From contig JBHGNT010000156.1 in NCBI GenBank assembly GCA_043228905.1, positions 1 to 64,000 of the forward strand: 64,000 bases of DNA. The letters are read 5' to 3'. Under the pieces are notes generated by a model, which made no database searches, was not told where the DNA came from, and was given only the letters and a program-made list of their open reading frames with translations. The DNA comes from Azolla caroliniana. Its lineage: Eukaryota; Plantae; Polypodiophyta. Positions 6,901-20,399 of this stretch are shown here, piece after piece. The first letter of the stretch is position 1. Every line of letters starts with the position of its first letter. The position numbers and the translations under genes are program-made.

Positions 6901-9900
6901 GTCTCTCGACCTGAGTTTCAAAATCTTGATTTTTTAATTCCATATCATAGCTAGCGTTGTTAGCTTTGATTCGCATGTTTGAACACAAAAATCGGATATC
7001 ACACGAGCTAGGTATGAACATTTTAATTTACTCAAGCGCTCCTCTCAACTCACTCCTCAAATTTGGTAATTTCGTCATGTGTCTCGACCTGAGTTTCAAA
7101 ATCTTGAGTTTTTAATTCAATATCATAGCTAGCGTTGTTAGCTTCGATTCGCATGTTTGAACACAAAAATCCGATATGACACGAGCCAGGTATGAACATT
7201 TTAATTTACTCACGGGCTCCTCTCAACTCACTCCTCAAATTTGGTAATTTCGTCATGTCTCTCGACCTGAGTTTCAAAATCTTGATTTTTGAATTCCATA
7301 TCATAGCTAGCGTTGTTAGCTTCGATTCGCATGTTTGAACACAAAAATCCGATATCACACGAGCCAGGTATGAACATTTTAATTTACTCAAGGGCTCTTC
7401 TCAACTCACTACTCATGTTTGCTAATTTCGTCATGTCTCTCGACCTGAGTTTCAAAATCTTGATTTATAAATTCCATATCATAGCTAGGGTTGTTAGCTT
7501 CGATTCGCATGTTTGGACACAAAAATCCGATATCACAGGAGCCAGGTATGAACATTTTAATTTACGCAAGGGCTGCTCTCAACTCACTCCTCAAATTTGG
7601 TAATTTCATCAGGTCTCTCGACCTGAGTTTCAAAATCTTGATTTTTTAATTCCATATCATAGCTAGCGTTGTTAGCTTCGATTCGCATGTTTGAACACAA
7701 AAATCCGATATCACACGAGCCAGGTATGAACATTTTAATTTACTCAAGCGCTCCTCTCAACTCACTACTCATGTTTGCTAATTTCGTCATGTCTCTCGAC
7801 CTGAGTTTCAAAATCTTGATTTTTGAATTCCATATCATAGCTAGCGTTGTTAGCTTCGATTCGCATGTTTGAACACAAAAATCCGATATCACACGAGCCA
7901 GGTATGAACATTTTAATTTACTCAAGGGCTGCTCTCAACTCACTCCTCAAATTTTGTAATTTCGTCATGTATCTCGACCTGAGTTTAAAAATCTTGATAA
8001 ATTAATTCCATATCATAGCTAGCGTTGTTAGCTTCGATTCGCATGTTTGGACACAAAAATCCGATATTACACGAGCCAGGTATGAACATTTTAATTTACT
8101 CAAGGGCTCCTCTCAACTCACTACTCATGTTTGGTAATTTCATCAGGTCTCTCGACCTGAGTTTCAAAATCTTAATTTATTAATTCCATATCATAGCTAG
8201 CGTTGGTAGCTTTGATTCGCATGTTTGAACACAAAAATCCGATATCACACGAGCCAGGTATGAACATTTTAATTTACTCAAGGGTTCCTCTCAACTCACT
8301 CCTCAAATTTGGTAATTTCATCATGTCTCTCGACCTGAGTTTAAAAATCTTGATTTATTAATTCCATATCATAGCTAGCGTTGTTAGCTTCGATTCGCAT
8401 GTTTGAACACAAAAATCCGATATCACACGAGCCAGGTAGGAACATTTTAATTTACTCAAGGGCTCCTCTCAACTCACTACTCATGTTTGCTAATTTCGTC
8501 ATGTCTCTCGACCTGAGTTTCAAAATCTTGATTTTTGAATTCCATATCATAGCTAGCGTTGTTAGCTTCGATTCGCATGTTTGAACACAAAAATCCGATA
8601 TCACACGAGCCAGGTATGAACATTTTAATTTACTCAAGGGTTCCTCTCAACTCACTCCTCAAATTTGGTAATTTCATCATGTCTCTCGACCTGAGTTTAA
8701 AAATCTTGATTTATTAATTCCATATCATAGCTAGCGTTGGTAGCTTTGATTCGCATGTTTGGACACAAAAATCCGATATCACAGGAGCCAGGTATGAACA
8801 TTTTAATTTACGCAAGGGCTGCTCTCAACTCACTCCTCAAATTTGGTAATTTCATCAGGTCTCTCGACCTGAGTTTCAAAATCTTGATTTTTTAATTCCA
8901 TATCATAGCTAGCGTTGTTAGCTTCGATTCGAATGTTTGAACACAAAAATCCGATATCACACGAGCCAGGTATGAACATTTTAATTTACATACGAGCTCT
9001 TCTCAACTCACTCCTCAAATTTGGTAATTTCGTCATGTCTCTCGACCTGAGTTTCAAAATCTTGATTTTTTAATTCCATATCATAGCTAGCGTTGTTAGC
9101 TTTGATTCGCATGTTTGAACACAAAAATCGGATATCACACGAGCTAGGTATGAACATTTTAATTTACTCAAGCGCTCCTCTCAACTCACTCCTCAAATTT
9201 GGTAATTTCGTCATGTGTCTCGACCTGAGTTTCAAAATCTTGAGTTTTTAATTCAATATCATAGCTAGCGTTGTTAGCTTCGATTCGCATGTTTGAACAC
9301 AAAAATCCGATATGACACGAGCCAGGTATGAACATTTTAATTTACTCACGGGCTCCTCTCAACTCACTCCTCAAATTTGGTAATTTCGTCATGTCTCTCG
9401 ACCTGAGTTTCAAAATCTTGATTTTTGAATTCCATATCATAGCTAGCGTTGTTAGCTTCGATTCGCATGTTTGAACACAAAAATCCGATATCACACGAGC
9501 CAGGTATGAACATTTTAATTTACTCAAGGGCTCTTCTCAACTCACTACTCATGTTTGCTAATTTCGTCATGTCTCTCGACCTGAGTTTCAAAATCTTGAT
9601 TTATTAATTCCATATCATAGCTAGGGTTGTTAGCTTCGATTCGCATGTTTGGACACAAAAATCCGATATCACAGGAGCCAGGTATGAACATTTTAATTTA
9701 CGCAAGGGCTGCTCTCAACTCACTCCTCAAATTTGGTAATTTCATCAGGTCTCTCGACCTGAGTTTCAAAATCTTGATTTTTTAATTCCATATCATAGCT
9801 AGCGTTGTTAGCTTCGATTCGCATGTTTGAACACAAAAATCCGATATCACACGAGCCAGGTATGAACATTTTAATTTACTCAAGGGCTCTTCTCAACTCA

Positions 9901-12900
9901 CTACTCATGTTTGCTAATTTCGTCATGTCTCTCGACCTGAGTTTCAAAATCTTGATTTATTAATTCCATATCATAGCTAGGGTTGTTAGCTTCGATTCGC
10001 ATGTTTGGACACAAAAATCCGATATCACAGGAGCCAGGTATGAACATTTTAATTTACGCAAGGGCTGCTCTCAACTCACTCCTCAAATTTTGTAATTTCG
10101 TCATGTATCTCGACCTGAGTTTAAAAATCTTGATAAATTAATTCTATATCATAGCTAGCGTTGTTAGCTTTGATTCGCATGTTTGGACACAAAAATCCGA
10201 TATGACACGAGCCAGGTATGAACATTTTAATTTACTCACGGGCTCCTCTCAACTCACTCCTCAAATTTGGTAATTTCGTCATGTCTCTCGACCTGAGTTT
10301 CAAAATCTTGATTTTTGAATTCCATATCATAGCTAGCGTTGTTAGCTTCGATTCGCATGTTTGAACACAAAAATCCGATATCACACGAGCCAGGTATGAA
10401 CATTTTAATTTACTCAAGGGCTGCTCTCAACTCACTCCTCAAATTTTGTAATTTCGTCATGTATCTCGACCTGAGTTTAAAAATCTTGATAAATTAATTC
10501 CATATCATAGCTAGCGTTGTTAGCTTCGATTCGCATGTTTGGACACAAAAATCCGATATTACACGAGCCAGGTATGAACATTTTAATTTACTCAAGGGCT
10601 CCTCTCAACTCACTACTCATGTTTGGTAATTTCATCAGGTCTCTCGACCTGAGTTTCAAAATCTTGATTTATTAATTCCATATCATAGCTAGCGTTGGTA
10701 GCTTTGATTCGCATGTTTGAACACAAAATCCCGATATCACACGAGCCAGGTATGAACATTTTAATTTACTCAAGGGCTCCTCTCAACTCACTACTCATGT
10801 TTGCTAATTTCGTCATGTCTCTCGACCTGAGTTTCAAAATCTTGATTTTTTAATTCCATATCATAGCTAGCGTTGTTAGCTTCGATTCGCATGTTTGAAC
10901 ACAAAAATCCGATATCACACGAGCCAGGTATGAACATTTTAATTTACATACGAGCTCTTCTCAACTCACTCCTCAAATTTGGTAATTTCGTCATGTCTCT
11001 CGACCTGAGTTTCAAAATCTTGATTTTTTAATTCCATATCATAGCTAGCGTTGTTAGCTTTGATTCGCATGTTTGAACACAAAAATCGGATATCACACGA
11101 GCTAGGTATGAACATTTTAATTTACTCAAGCGCTCCTCTCAACTCACTCCTCAAATTTGGTAATTTCGTCATGTGTCTCGACCTGAGTTTCAAAATCTTG
11201 AGTTTTTAATTCAATATCATAGCTAGCGTTGTTAGCTTCGATTCGCATGTTTGAACACAAAAATCCGATATGACACGAGCCAGGTATGAACATTTTAATT
11301 TACTCACGGGCTCCTCTCAACTCACTCCTCAAATTTGGTAATTTCGTCATGTCTCTCGACCTGAGTTTCGAAATCTTGATTTTTGAATTCCATATCATAG
11401 CTAGCGTTGTTAGCTTCGATTCGCATGTTTGGACACAAAAATCCGATATTACACGAGCCAGGTATGAACATTTTAATTTACTCAAGGGCTCCTCTCAACT
11501 CACTACTCATGTTTGGTAATTTCATCAGGTCTCTCGACCTGAGTTTCAAAATCTTGATTTATTAATTCCATATCATAGCTAGCGTTGGTAGCTTCGATTC
11601 GCATGTTTGAACACAAAAATCCGATATCACACGAGCCAGGTATGAACATTTTAATTTACTCAAGGGTTCCTCTCAACTCACTCCTCAAATTTGGTAATTT
11701 CATCATGTCTCTCGACCTGAGTTTAAAAATCTTGATTTATAAATTCCATATCATAGCTAGCGTTGTTAGCTTCGATTCGCATGTTTGAACACAAAAATCC
11801 GATATCACACGAGCCAGGTATGAACATTTTAATTTACTCAAGGGCTCCTCTCAACTCACTGCTCAAATTTGGTAATTTCGTCATGTCTCTCGACCTGAGT
11901 TTCAAAATCTTGATTTTTGAATTCCATATCATAGCTAGCGTTGTTAGCTTCGATTCCCATGTTTGAACACAAAAATCCGATATCACACGAGCCAGGTATG
12001 AACATTTTAATTTACTCACGGGCTCCTCTCAACTCACTCCTCAAATTTGGTAATTTCGTCATGTCTCTCGACCTGAGTTTCAAAATCTTGATTTTTGAAT
12101 TCCATATCATAGCTAGCGTTGTTAGCTTCGATTCGCATGTTTGAACACAAAAATCCGATATCACACGAGCCAGGTATGAACATTTTAATTTACTCAAGGG
12201 CTCCTCTCAACTCACTACTCATGTTTGCTAATTTCGTCATGTCTCTCGACCTGAATTTCAAAATCTTGATTTATTAATTCCATATCATAGCTAGCGTTGT
12301 TAGCTTCGATTCGCATGTTTGAACACAAAAATCCGATATCACACGAGCCAGGTATGAACATTTTAATTTACTCAAGCGCTCCTCTCAACTCACTACTCAT
12401 GTTTGCTAATTTCGTCATGTCTCTCGACCTGAGTTTCAAAATCTTGATTTTTGAATTCCATATCATAGCTAGCGTTGTTAGCTTCGATTCGCATGTTTGA
12501 ACACAAAAATCCGATATCACACGAGCCAGGTATGAACATTTTAATTTACTCAAGGGCTGCTCTCAACTCACTCCTCAAATTTTGTAATTTCGTCATGTAT
12601 CTCGACCTGAGTTTAAAAATCTTGATAAATTAATTCCATATCATAGCTAGCGTTGTTAGCTTCGATTCGCATGTTTGGACACAAAAATCCGATATTACAC
12701 GAGCCAGGTATGAACATTTTAATTTACTCAAGGGCTCCTCTCAACTCACTACTCATGTTTGGTAATTTCATCAGGTCTCTCGACCTGAGTTTCAAAATCT
12801 TGATTTATTAATTCCATATCATAGCTAGCGTTGGTAGCTTTGATTCGCATGTTTGAACACAAAAATCCGATATCACACGAGCCAGGTATGAACATTTTAA

Positions 12901-15900
12901 TTTACTCAAGGGTTCCTCTCAACTCACTCCTCAAATTTGGTAATTTCATCATGTCTCTCGACCTGAGTTTAAAAATCTTGATTTATTAATTCCATATCAT
13001 AGCTAGCGTTGTTAGCTTCGATTCGCATGTTTGAACACAAAAATCCGATATCACACGAGCCAGGTAGGAACATTTTAATTTACTCAAGGGCTCCTCTCAA
13101 CTCACTACTCCTGTTTGCTAATTTCGTCATGTCTCTCGACCTGAGTTTCAAAATCTTGATTTTTGAATTCCATATCATAGCTAGCGTTGTTAGCTTCGAT
13201 TCGCATGTTTGAACACAAAAATCCGATATCACACGAGCCAGGTATGAACATTTTAATTTACATACGAGCTCTTCTCAACTCACTCCTCAAATTTGGTAAT
13301 TTCGTCATGTCTCTCGACCTGAGTTTCAAAATCTTGATTTTTTAATTCCATATCATAGCTAGCGTTGTTAGCTTTGATTCGCATGTTTGAACACAAAAAT
13401 CGGATATCACACGAGCTAGGTATGAACATTTTAATTTACTCAAGCGCTCCTCTCAACTCACTCCTCAAATTTGGTAATTTCGTCATGTGTCTCGACCTGA
13501 GTTTCAAAATCTTGAGTTTTTAATTCAATATCATAGCTAGCGTTGTTAGCTTCGATTCGCAAGTTTGAACACAAAAATCCGATATGACACGAGCCAGGTA
13601 TGAACATTTTAATTTACTCACGGGCTCCTCTCAACTCACTCCTCAAATTTGGTAATTTCGTCATGTCTCTCGACCTGAGTTTCAAAATCTTGATTTTTGA
13701 ATTCCATATCATAGCTAGCGTTGTTAGCTTCGATTCGCATGTTTGAACACAAAAATCCGATATCACACGAGCCAGGTATGAACATTTTAATTTACTCAAG
13801 GGCTCCTCTCAACTCACTACTCATGTTTGCTAATTTCGTCATGTCTCTCGACCTGAATTTCAAAATCTTGATTTTTGAATTCCATATCATAGCTAGCGTT
13901 GTTAGCTTCGATTCGCATGTTTGAACACAAAAATCCGATATCACACGAGCCAGGTATGAACATTTTAATTTACTCAAGGGCTCTTCTCAACTCACTACTC
14001 ATGTTTGCTAATTTCGTCATGTCTCTCGACCTGAGTTTCAAAATCTTGATTTTTGAATTCCATATCATAGCTAGGGTTGTTATCTTCGATTCGCATGTTT
14101 GGACACAAAAATCCGATATCACAGGAGCCAGGTATGAACATTTTAATTTACGCAAGGGCTGCTCTCAACTCACTCCTCAAATTTGGTAATTTCATCAGGT
14201 CTCTCGACCTGAGTTTCAAAATCTTGATTTTTTAATTCCATATCATAGCTAGCGTTGTTAGCTTCGATTCGCATGTTTGAACACAAAAATCCGATATCAC
14301 ACGAGCCAGGTATGAACATTTTAATTTACATACGAGCTCTTCTCAACTCACTCCTCAAATTTGGTAATTTCGTCATGTCTCTCGACCTGAGTTTCAAAAT
14401 CTTGATTTTTTAATTCCATATCATAGCTAGCGTTGTTAGCTTTGATTCGCATGTTTGAACACAAAAATCGGATATCACACGAGCTAGGTATGAACATTTT
14501 AATTTACTCAAGCGCTCCTCTCAACTCACTCCTCAAATTTGGTAATTTCGTCATGTGTCTCGACCTGAGTTTCAAAATCTTGAGTTTTTAATTCAATATC
14601 ATAGCTAGCGTTGTTAGCTTCGATTCGCATGTTTGAACACAAAAATCCGATATGACACGAGCCAGGTATGAACATTTTAATTTACTCACGGGCTCCTCTC
14701 AACTCACTCCTCAAATTTGGTAATTTCGTCATGTCTCTCGACCTGAGTTTCAAAATCTTGATTTTTGAATTCCATATCATAGCTAGCGTTGTTAGCTTCG
14801 ATTCGCATGTTTGAACACAAAAATCCGATATCACACGAGCCAGGTATGAACATTTTAATTTACTCAAGGGCTCTTCTCAACTCACTACTCATGTTTGCTA
14901 ATTTCGTCATGTCTCTCGACCTGAGTTTCAAAATCTTGATTTATAAATTCCATATCATAGCTAGGGTTGTTAGCTTCGATTCGCATGTTTGGACACAAAA
15001 ATCCGATATCACAGGAGCCAGGTATGAACATTTTAATTTACGCAAGGGCTGCTCTCAACTCACTCCTCAAATTTGGTAATTTCATCAGGTCTCTCGACCT
15101 GAGTTTCAAAATCTTGATTTTTTAATTCCATATCATAGCTAGCGTTGTTAGCTTCGATTCGCATGTTTGAACACAAAAATCCGATATCACACGAGCCAGG
15201 TATGAACATTTTAATTTACTCAAGCGCTCCTCTCAACTCACTACTCATGTTTGCTAATTTCGTCATGTCTCTCGACCTGAGTTTCAAAATCTTGATTTTT
15301 GAATTCCATATCATAGCTAGCGTTGTTAGCTTCGATTCGCATGTTTGAACACAAAAATCCGATATCACACGAGCCAGGTATGAACATTTTAATTTACTCA
15401 AGGGCTGCTCTCAACTCACTCCTCAAATTTTGTAATTTCGTCATGTATCTCGACCTGAGTTTAAAAATCTTGATAAATTAATTCCATATCATAGCTAGCG
15501 TTGTTAGCTTCGATTCGCATGTTTGGACACAAAAATCCGATATTACACGAGCCAGGTATGAACATTTTAATTTACTCAAGGGCTCCTCTCAACTCACTAC
15601 TCATGTTTGGTAATTTCATCAGGTCTCTCGACCTGAGTTTCAAAATCTTAATTTATTAATTCCATATCATAGCTAGCGTTGGTAGCTTTGATTCGCATGT
15701 TTGAACACAAAAATCCGATATCACACGAGCCAGGTATGAACATTTTAATTTACTCAAGGGTTCCTCTCAACTCACTCCTCAAATTTGGTAATTTCATCAT
15801 GTCTCTCGACCTGAGTTTAAAAATCTTGATTTATTAATTCCATATCATAGCTAGCGTTGTTAGCTTCGATTCGCATGTTTGAACACAAAAATCCGATATC

Positions 15901-18900
15901 ACACGAGCCAGGTAGGAACATTTTAATTTACTCAAGGGCTCCTCTCAACTCACTACTCATGTTTGCTAATTTCGTCATGTCTCTCGACCTGAGTTTCAAA
16001 ATCTTGATTTTTGAATTCCATATCATAGCTAGCGTTGTTAGCTTCGATTCGCATGTTTGAACACAAAAATCCGATATCACACGAGCCAGGTATGAACATT
16101 TTAATTTACTCAAGGGTTCCTCTCAACTCACTCCTCAAATTTGGTAATTTCATCATGTCTCTCGACCTGAGTTTAAAAATCTTGATTTATTAATTCCATA
16201 TCATAGCTAGCGTTGGTAGCTTTGATTCGCATGTTTGGACACAAAAATCCGATATCACAGGAGCCAGGTATGAACATTTTAATTTACGCAAGGGCTGCTC
16301 TCAACTCACTCCTCAAATTTGGTAATTTCATCAGGTCTCTCGACCTGAGTTTCAAAATCTTGATTTTTTAATTCCATATCATAGCTAGCGTTGTTAGCTT
16401 CGATTCGAATGTTTGAACACAAAAATCCGATATCACACGAGCCAGGTATGAACATTTTAATTTACATACGAGCTCTTCTCAACTCACTCCTCAAATTTGG
16501 TAATTTCGTCATGTCTCTCGACCTGAGTTTCAAAATCTTGATTTTTTAATTCCATATCATAGCTAGCGTTGTTAGCTTTGATTCGCATGTTTGAACACAA
16601 AAATCGGATATCACACGAGCTAGGTATGAACATTTTAATTTACTCAAGCGCTCCTCTCAACTCACTCCTCAAATTTGGTAATTTCGTCATGTGTCTCGAC
16701 CTGAGTTTCAAAATCTTGAGTTTTTAATTCAATATCATAGCTAGCGTTGTTAGCTTCGATTCGCATGTTTGAACACAAAAATCCGATATGACACGAGCCA
16801 GGTATGAACATTTTAATTTACTCACGGGCTCCTCTCAACTCACTCCTCAAATTTGGTAATTTCGTCATGTCTCTCGACCTGAGTTTCAAAATCTTGATTT
16901 TTGAATTCCATATCATAGCTAGCGTTGTTAGCTTCGATTCGCATGTTTGAACACAAAAATCCGATATCACACGAGCCAGGTATGAACATTTTAATTTACT
17001 CAAGGGCTCTTCTCAACTCACTACTCATGTTTGCTAATTTCGTCATGTCTCTCGACCTGAGTTTCAAAATCTTGATTTATTAATTCCATATCATAGCTAG
17101 GGTTGTTAGCTTCGATTCGCATGTTTGGACACAAAAATCCGATATCACAGGAGCCAGGTATGAACATTTTAATTTACGCAAGGGCTGCTCTCAACTCACT
17201 CCTCAAATTTGGTAATTTCATCAGGTCTCTCGACCTGAGTTTCAAAATCTTGATTTTTTAATTCCATATCATAGCTAGCGTTGTTAGCTTCGATTCGCAT
17301 GTTTGAACACAAAAATCCGATATCACACGAGCCAGGTATGAACATTTTAATTTACTCAAGGGCTCTTCTCAACTCACTACTCATGTTTGCTAATTTCGTC
17401 ATGTCTCTCGACCTGAGTTTCAAAATCTTGATTTATTAATTCCATATCATAGCTAGGGTTGTTAGCTTCGATTCGCATGTTTGGACACAAAAATCCGATA
17501 TCACAGGAGCCAGGTATGAACATTTTAATTTACGCAAGGGCTGCTCTCAACTCACTCCTCAAATTTTGTAATTTCGTCATGTATCTCGACCTGAGTTTAA
17601 AAATCTTGATAAATTAATTCTATATCATAGCTAGCGTTGTTAGCTTTGATTCGCATGTTTGGACACAAAAATCCGATATGACACGAGCCAGGTATGAACA
17701 TTTTAATTTACTCACGGGCTCCTCTCAACTCACTCCTCAAATTTGGTAATTTCGTCATGTCTCTCGACCTGAGTTTCAAAATCTTGATTTTTGAATTCCA
17801 TATCATAGCTAGCGTTGTTAGCTTCGATTCGCATGTTTGAACACAAAAATCCGATATCACACGAGCCAGGTATGAACATTTTAATTTACTCAAGGGCTGC
17901 TCTCAACTCACTCCTCAAATTTTGTAATTTCGTCATGTATCTCGACCTGAGTTTAAAAATCTTGATAAATTAATTCCATATCATAGCTAGCGTTGTTAGC
18001 TTCGATTCGCATGTTTGGACACAAAAATCCGATATTACACGAGCCAGGTATGAACATTTTAATTTACTCAAGGGCTCCTCTCAACTCACTACTCATGTTT
18101 GGTAATTTCATCAGGTCTCTCGACCTGAGTTTCAAAATCTTGATTTATTAATTCCATATCATAGCTAGCGTTGGTAGCTTTGATTCGCATGTTTGAACAC
18201 AAAATCCCGATATCACACGAGCCAGGTATGAACATTTTAATTTACTCAAGGGCTCCTCTCAACTCACTACTCATGTTTGCTAATTTCGTCATGTCTCTCG
18301 ACCTGAGTTTCAAAATCTTGATTTTTTAATTCCATATCATAGCTAGCGTTGTTAGCTTCGATTCGCATGTTTGAACACAAAAATCCGATATCACACGAGC
18401 CAGGTATGAACATTTTAATTTACATACGAGCTCTTCTCAACTCACTCCTCAAATTTGGTAATTTCGTCATGTCTCTCGACCTGAGTTTCAAAATCTTGAT
18501 TTTTTAATTCCATATCATAGCTAGCGTTGTTAGCTTTGATTCGCATGTTTGAACACAAAAATCGGATATCACACGAGCTAGGTATGAACATTTTAATTTA
18601 CTCAAGCGCTCCTCTCAACTCACTCCTCAAATTTGGTAATTTCGTCATGTGTCTCGACCTGAGTTTCAAAATCTTGAGTTTTTAATTCAATATCATAGCT
18701 AGCGTTGTTAGCTTCGATTCGCATGTTTGAACACAAAAATCCGATATGACACGAGCCAGGTATGAACATTTTAATTTACTCACGGGCTCCTCTCAACTCA
18801 CTCCTCAAATTTGGTAATTTCGTCATGTCTCTCGACCTGAGTTTCGAAATCTTGATTTTTGAATTCCATATCATAGCTAGCGTTGTTAGCTTCGATTCGC

Positions 18901-18907
18901 ATGTTTG
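3910..18907. repeat. Tandem duplication of a 42-monomer block (unit 7476 bp)
   Basis: Rare variants recur at +7476: ttcccatg (~4481/11957), ctcctgttt (~5635/13111), cgcaagttt (~6085/13561), cgaatgtt (~8932/16408), attctat (~10145/17621), aaaatcccg (~10730/18206), gtttcgaaa (~11370/18846). Confidence 0.92.
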
Positions 18908-20399
18908 AACACAAAAATCCGATATCACACGAGCCAGGTATGAACATTTTAATTTACTCAAGGGCTCCTCTCAACTCACTACTCATGTTTGCTAATTTCG
19001 TCATGTCTCTCGACCTGAATTTCAAAATCTTGATTTTTGAATTCCATATCATAGCTAGCGTTGTTAGCTTCGATTCGCATGTTTGAACACAAAAATCCGA
19101 TATCACACGAGCCAGGTATGAACATTTTAATTTACTCAAGGGCTCTTCTCAACTCACTACTCATGTTTGCTAATTTCGTCATGTCTCTCGACCTGAGTTT
19201 CAAAATCTTGATTTTTTAATTCCATATCATAGCTAGGGTTGTGAGCTTCGATTCGCATGTTTGGACACAAAAATCCGATATCACAGGAGCCAGGTATGAA
19301 CATTTTAATTTACGCAAGGGCTGCTCTCAACTCACTCCTCAAATTTGGTAATTTCATCAGGTCTCTCGACCTGAGTTTCAAAATCTTGATTTTTTAATTC
19401 CATATCATAGCTAGCGTTGTTAGCTTCGATTCGCATGTTTGAACACAAAAATCCGATATCACACGAGCCAGGTATGAACATTTTAATTTACTCAAGCGCT
19501 CCTCTCAACTCACTACTCATGTTTGCTAATTTCGTCATGTCTCTCGACCTGAGTTTCAAAATCTTGATTTTTGAATTCCATATCATAGCTAGCGTTGTTA
19601 GCTTCGATTCGCATGTTTGAACACAAAAATCCGATATCACACGAGCCAGGTATGAACATTTTAATTTACTCAAGGGCTCCTCTCAACTCACTCCTCAAAT
19701 TTTGTAATTTCGTCATGTATCTCGACCTGAGTTTAAAAATCTTGATAAATTAATTCCATATCATAGCTAGCGTTGTTAGCTTCGATTCGCATGTTTGGAC
19801 ACAAAAATCCGATATTACACGAGCCAGGTATGAACATTTTAATTTACTCAAGGGCTCCTCTCAACTCACTACTCATGTTTGGTAATTTCATCAGGTCTCT
19901 CGACCTGAGTTTCAAAATCTTGATTTATTAATTCCATATCATAGCTAGCGTTGTTAGCTTCGATTCGCATGTTTGAACAAAAAAATCCGATATCACACGA
20001 GCCAGGTATGAACATTTTAATTTACTCAAGGGCTCCTCTCAACTCACTGCTCATGTTTGCTAATTTCGTCATGTCTCTCGACCTGAGTTTCAAAATCTTG
20101 ATTTTTGAATTCCATATCATAGCTAGCGTTGTTAGCTTCGATTCACATGTTTGAACACAAAAATCCGATATCACACGAGCCAGGTATGAACATTTTAATT
20201 TACTCAAGGGCTGCTCTCAACTCACTCCTCAAATTTTGTAATTTCGTCATGTATCTCGACCTGAGTTTAAAAATCTTGATAAATTAATTCCATATCATAG
20301 CTAGCGTTGTTAATTTCAACTCATGTTTGCTAATTTCGTCATGTCTCTCGACCTGAGTTTCAAAATCTTGATTTTTGAATTCCATATCATAGCTAGCGT

